Positions 16,856 through 20,000 of a DNA stretch of 20,000 nt are shown here, piece after piece. This DNA is from an uncultured virus (IMG/VR IMGVR_UViG_3300007960_003098) (taxonomy: Duplodnaviria; Heunggongvirae; Uroviricota; Caudoviricetes). The stretch lies in IMG/VR virus record IMGVR_UViG_3300007960_003098; one strand, 5' to 3'. Position 1 is the stretch's first letter. Each line of letters begins with the position of its first letter. The notes under the pieces were generated by a model, which ran no database searches, had not been told where the DNA came from, and saw only the letters and a program-made list of their open reading frames with translations. Made by a program: the position numbers and the translations under genes.

Positions 16856-17446
16856 ATGGCATTAGTACCAATTGTATTAGAACAAACTAGCCGCGGTGAA
16901 CGTAGCTATGACATTTACTCACGTTTGCTACGTGATCGTGTTATCTTGCTAGAAGGTGAAGTACATGATCAGATGGCTAATCTTATCGTAGCACAGTTGC
17001 TATACCTAGAAAGCGAGAATAGCGAAGCAGATATCTTTCTGTATATCAACTCGCCAGGCGGTAGCGTAACAGCAGGTATGGCTATCTATGATACTATGCA
17101 GTTCATCAAGCCCGATGTTTGCACTATCGCTATGGGACAAGCCTGTTCTATGGGCAGTCTGTTAGCGCAAGCAGGAGCGGCAGGTAAGCGTAAGATTCTG
17201 CCCCACGCTCGACACATGATTCACCAACCATCAGGTGGTGCAAGAGGCCAAGCAACTGACATGGAAATCCAAGTCAAAGAAATCTTGGAGATGAAGCGTT
17301 ATCTCACGCAGATTTATGTAGACCATAACTCAGCAGGTAAACAGTTTGACGAGATTGCTAAAGACATGGAGCGTGACAACTTTATGTCAGCACAGCAAGC
17401 AGTAGACTACGGCCTTGCAGACGAGATCGTTACTAGTAGAGAGTAA
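16856..17446 (+). CDS. clpP: ATP-dependent Clp protease proteolytic subunit ClpP
   Basis: Start reassigned to ATG 16856 (MALVPIV, GAGG SD). Motifs [11 protein letters not shown] and YINSPGGSV; catalytic Ser in QACSMG, His in MIHQP and Asp in ERDNF. Confidence 0.97.
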   Translation: MALVPIVLEQTSRGERSYDIYSRLLRDRVILLEGEVHDQMANLIVAQLLYLESENSEADIFLYINSPGGSVTAGMAIYDTMQFIKPDVCTIAMGQACSMGSLLAQAGAAGKRKILPHARHMIHQPSGGARGQATDMEIQVKEILEMKRYLTQIYVDHNSAGKQFDEIAKDMERDNFMSAQQAVDYGLADEIVTSRE

Positions 17447-17473
17447 ACTCAAACTCCGCACATAAATATAAGT

Positions 17474-17968
17474 ATGCGGGCAAATGAGTTTATAGAAAAA
17501 TTCAAAACATGGAAAAAAGAACGGGAGACTCCTCCCGTTCCACCACCTCATAATCTTTTTCATGCCACACTCAAAGACAATTTACCCAACATAATGAAAC
17601 ACGGCTTATTAAGAAGCGGTGTATCAAAAATGTACAAGCAATCTGAATCAGGTGTTGTATATCTTACAACTAGTCCTAATATTGCATCATCAATGATCAA
17701 CACTGAAAGTGATATAATAAACAAAAATTTATTAAAACAATCATCTAATCAAGGGGTGATCTTAGAAATAGATGTGACTAAATTAGATCCTAAAAAATTC
17801 AGAGAAGACGAGTTGCTTCCTGCTAGTTGGATTAAACCAGAATACACTTATAAATATGAAGGTGACATTCCTCCAAATGCAATAAAAGTAAGGGCAGAAT
17901 TTTCAGTTGATGTTGATCCATATTATAGACGCCATCAGATAAGAGCAATTAGACCGAGTAAACCATAA
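17474..17968 (+). CDS. ADP-ribosyltransferase-fold protein (Tpt1/KptA NAD-binding-like) with a capsid-targeting-like N-terminus
   Basis: LFHAT......IMKHGL, GVVYLTT....A, VILEID...L and Y.YEGDIPP..I. The N-terminal MRANEFIE resembles the T4 internal-protein CTS (MKTYQEFIAE). Confidence 0.65.
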   Translation: MRANEFIEKFKTWKKERETPPVPPPHNLFHATLKDNLPNIMKHGLLRSGVSKMYKQSESGVVYLTTSPNIASSMINTESDIINKNLLKQSSNQGVILEIDVTKLDPKKFREDELLPASWIKPEYTYKYEGDIPPNAIKVRAEFSVDVDPYYRRHQIRAIRPSKP

Positions 17969-18258
17969 TGAGTTACAATACTAATACTGAATATGCTATT
18001 GTAGGAGAAATTAGAATTTTTCCATACGACTATGAACCCGAAGGATGGATGCTGTGCGATGGTAGAGAATTGAAAGCGATTGAATACCAAGCATTGTATG
18101 CATTACTAGGTAGTCGATTTGGCGGAGATCCTATACCAAAAGATGTTCCTTTTTCTGAAATGGAAAATTTTAAGTTTAGAATACCTAAAATTCGTGCATA
18201 CAAAGACGGACGCAGATATTTTATAGCAACTAGCGGCCAATTCCCTACACACTGTTAA
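17968..18258 (+). CDS. Stand-alone phage tail-collar domain protein
   Basis: VGEIRIF....PEGWMLCDGREL....YQALYALLG.RFGGD...F.IP, with C-terminal YFIA..G.FP. Confidence 0.88.
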   Translation: MSYNTNTEYAIVGEIRIFPYDYEPEGWMLCDGRELKAIEYQALYALLGSRFGGDPIPKDVPFSEMENFKFRIPKIRAYKDGRRYFIATSGQFPTHC

Positions 18259-18284
18259 AAAGAAAGGGACCGAAGTCCCTTTCT
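18257..18284 (-). terminator. Intrinsic terminator (cUUCGg loop on the minus strand), likely bidirectional
   Basis: AGAAAGGGAC-CGAA-GTCCCTTTCT is a perfect 10-bp stem between convergent genes. On the minus strand it is followed by TTTT. Confidence 0.88.
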
Positions 18285-18300
18285 AGTTCCCCCTTCCCCT

Positions 18301-18510
18301 CTATTGTTTTTCGTTTACGAATTCATAGAGTTCTTTGGCTGTTTTGATTACATCAGACGTTGTAATGTTATTGATAGGTAATGGGGTTTTCTGATCCAGT
18401 ACCTCATTGTTATATTGAATTGCCATCACTTGATTGTTGTGATTTTCGGCTAGCATGCCTTGGGCTTGACTTAGGAGATCGGCTCTGATCTCAAATCCTG
18501 ATTTTGACAT
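18301..18510 (-). CDS. Conserved small phage protein (MSKSGFEIRADLL... family), 69 aa
   Basis: Start reassigned to ATG 18510 with AAGGAG SD (18517-18522). The GFEIR.DLL..A and DVI..AKELYEFV pattern is common in T4-like phages. Confidence 0.8.
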   Translation of the reverse strand: MSKSGFEIRADLLSQAQGMLAENHNNQVMAIQYNNEVLDQKTPLPINNITTSDVIKTAKELYEFVNEKQ

Positions 18511-18612
18511 AATATTCTCCTTGTGTGTATGTGTATGTCTGTAATCTACCATAGATTACTATAATATTTAGCAGATTTGTCACACCTTGTAAAAAAATAT
18601 TGGGTGCAGGAT

Positions 18613-18695
18613 CGTAAGTTGTTGATTTTAAATGGGTAAAAAGTTGAAAAAAATGGATAAAAAGGCTTGACATTTACCCAAATAACCCGTATAAT
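18613..18695 (+). promoter_or_regulatory. Consensus sigma70 (early-type) promoter with A-tracts and an upstream IHF-consensus site; copy 2 of a dispersed repeat
   Basis: TTGACA(18667-18672)-17-TATAAT(18690-18695), with TAAGTTGTTGATT at 18615-18627. Confidence 0.9.
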
Positions 18696-18730
18696 AGAGT
18701 ATATAAAGTCAACACACAGGAACACACACT

Positions 18731-19084
18731 ATGTCTTACAAAGTATATCAACTCAAGATCGACCGCTCAGTTTACGACTACGTTAACGAAGTTGGTCACA
18801 GCAAGGCCGCTGAAGTGTACCCTGAGTACAAAATCTCAATGGATGTTCGATTCGAAGGTTCTGAAAAGTGGGAATCTTGGATGTTTAATCATTTTGGTCT
18901 CGTTTGTGAGATCGATGCCCAAGACCTAGAAGATGTGTTTCACATTGGTAACATGGGTCCTGAAGAAAAGATCGTTCGTCACGACCGCATGCATTCTGTA
19001 AGTGTTGGTGACATCATCGAAGACGAAAATGGTGTCTTTCATATGGTAGATTCCGTTGGTTTTAGTCAAGTGGAGGTAGCGTAA
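18731..19084 (+). CDS. YodL-like domain protein
   Basis: YKVYQL, DLEDVFHIGN, HSVSVGDII and MVDSVGF match the YodL pattern. Confidence 0.75.
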   Translation: MSYKVYQLKIDRSVYDYVNEVGHSKAAEVYPEYKISMDVRFEGSEKWESWMFNHFGLVCEIDAQDLEDVFHIGNMGPEEKIVRHDRMHSVSVGDIIEDENGVFHMVDSVGFSQVEVA

Positions 19085-19269
19085 TGTTCTATGTAGTTAA
19101 AACTCTTGATGGTAAGCCGATGGCTGGTGCTTACTCACAAATCACCAATATCGAAACGGCTCGTAGGTATGCCCGTGAAATGATATTCACGGCACAGTTG
19201 CCAGAAATTCAATCTATGGAAATCTACGCTGATGATGGCGTAACTGAAACTCTAGTGGAGGTAGTGTAA
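19084..19269 (+). CDS. Hypothetical early phage protein
   Basis: GGAGG SD and TAATG coupling. Confidence 0.75.
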   Translation: MFYVVKTLDGKPMAGAYSQITNIETARRYAREMIFTAQLPEIQSMEIYADDGVTETLVEVV

Positions 19270-19412
19270 TGTTAGGTTATATTGGTGCTTTTGTTGCAGG
19301 TATGATCGTAATGGATCTTATGTGGGCATTCAAGTTGGGTATTCCTCAAGCGATGTACAATCGTTTTAAGAACCGTAACCGCGCTGACGATTTTGTCGAA
19401 AAGGAGTTTTAA
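19269..19412 (+). CDS. Small membrane protein (47 aa); not in the ORF track
   Basis: GGAGG SD and TAATG coupling. Translation: MLGYIGAFVAGMIVMDLMWAFKLGIPQAMYNRFKNRNRADDFVEKEF. Confidence 0.75.
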   Translation: MLGYIGAFVAGMIVMDLMWAFKLGIPQAMYNRFKNRNRADDFVEKEF

Positions 19413-19414
19413 TC

Positions 19415-19693
19415 GTGGTGAAATTTGACTTAGTTGAAAACGTTCATTACTGTGGTGAAGGTGTTCAACGGATGTACACCTTTGAAAATGGTACTCAAGT
19501 GAGTGCCATCAAAACGCCATACTCATATGGTGGTAAGAACGACAAGTGGGAAATCGCTGTATTAGATGCCAACGGTGATTGGCTCACTAGAGACGTTTGG
19601 CATGATTTGTCTGATGATGTCATGGGGCATGTTAGTGATGAACTATTACCCAAATACATCGAAGATGTTTATTTTTGGGATTTGGATGAGTAA
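19415..19693 (+). CDS. Conserved phage hypothetical protein
   Basis: AAGGAG SD with a GTG start. Contains the Y.FENG..VS.I...SYGG...WEIAVL motif. Confidence 0.78.
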   Translation: MVKFDLVENVHYCGEGVQRMYTFENGTQVSAIKTPYSYGGKNDKWEIAVLDANGDWLTRDVWHDLSDDVMGHVSDELLPKYIEDVYFWDLDE

Positions 19694-19937
19694 AGAATCA
19701 AGACAGATCCACAAAGAAACTGCAATCTCTATCGCAACCGGACTAATGGTAAACTTTCCACTAAACTTCTCTCTGATCTATCTATGGGTAGAAGTATTAA
19801 AATGGACTGATGCGTTTAGCATTGCAGCCAGTACTACTGCTATAATGACTATAGTGGCTTATACAAGGGTCTATATGATTCGCAGGCATTTTCACAAAAA
19901 ATCTGTTAGAGAATTAGTAGAGACACAACAAGGGTGA
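19686..19937 (+). CDS. Small two-TM membrane protein (83 aa)
   Basis: Start reassigned to ATG 19686 (MSKESRQIHKE), overlapping the upstream stop. Two hydrophobic segments, then YTRVYMIRRHF. Confidence 0.72.
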   Translation: MSKESRQIHKETAISIATGLMVNFPLNFSLIYLWVEVLKWTDAFSIAASTTAIMTIVAYTRVYMIRRHFHKKSVRELVETQQG

Positions 19938-19938
19938 T

Positions 19939-20000
19939 ATGATGGCTAAGAAAAAGTCTAATGTGGTTCAGTTTCCACTCAAATGGGAACCAAGCAAATA
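19939..20000 (+). CDS. Start of a hypothetical protein, 3'-truncated by the window edge
   Basis: An ATG follows the upstream TGA, and the frame MMAKKKSNVVQFPLKWEPSK stays open to the edge. Confidence 0.55.
   Translation, partial: MMAKKKSNVVQFPLKWEPSK

Noticed and set aside
9811..17446. Bacterial chromosomal clpP-clpX locus
   Set aside because: There is no tig/lon context and clpP is separated from clpX. The surroundings (ATP-dependent ligase, tail collar, T4-like late motifs, tiny coupled ORFs) are phage-like.
1..20000. Stop-codon reassignment, introns/inteins, tRNA genes
   Set aside because: Conserved genes are full-length and uninterrupted under code 11, and TAA, TAG and TGA all serve as stops. 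The intergenic gaps are short and show no cloverleaf.

Overview
This is an AT-rich, gene-dense segment of a large (jumbo/T4-like) dsDNA phage genome, most likely with a proteobacterial host (inference). It uses the standard genetic code, and I found no tRNA, rRNA, CRISPR array or transposase. The central feature is a phage-encoded proteostasis/translation region: clpX-rpsU(bS21)-hsp20-clpS, with clpP about 4.6 kb downstream. Between clpS and clpP lie a catalytically degenerate metallophosphoesterase and a SprT-like protease. The window also encodes an ATP-dependent DNA ligase, a membrane coiled-coil/lipoprotein/secreted trio, an ADP-ribosyltransferase-like protein with a capsid-targeting-like N-terminus, a stand-alone tail-collar protein, a YodL-like protein and many small early-type ORFs. 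Several ORFs under 60 aa are missing from the ORF track, including a ribbon-helix-helix regulator. The non-coding signals are unusually clear: a three-hairpin ROSE-type RNA thermometer before hsp20; a bistable tandem-GGAA RNA structure before clpS; two near-identical sigma70 promoters, each with an upstream IHF consensus site in conserved helical phase; a 16-bp palindromic operator at the RHH gene; and a TAA(A/G)TA-N5-6-ATG pattern suggesting leaderless late transcripts. All family assignments come from motif recognition by eye, not database searches.
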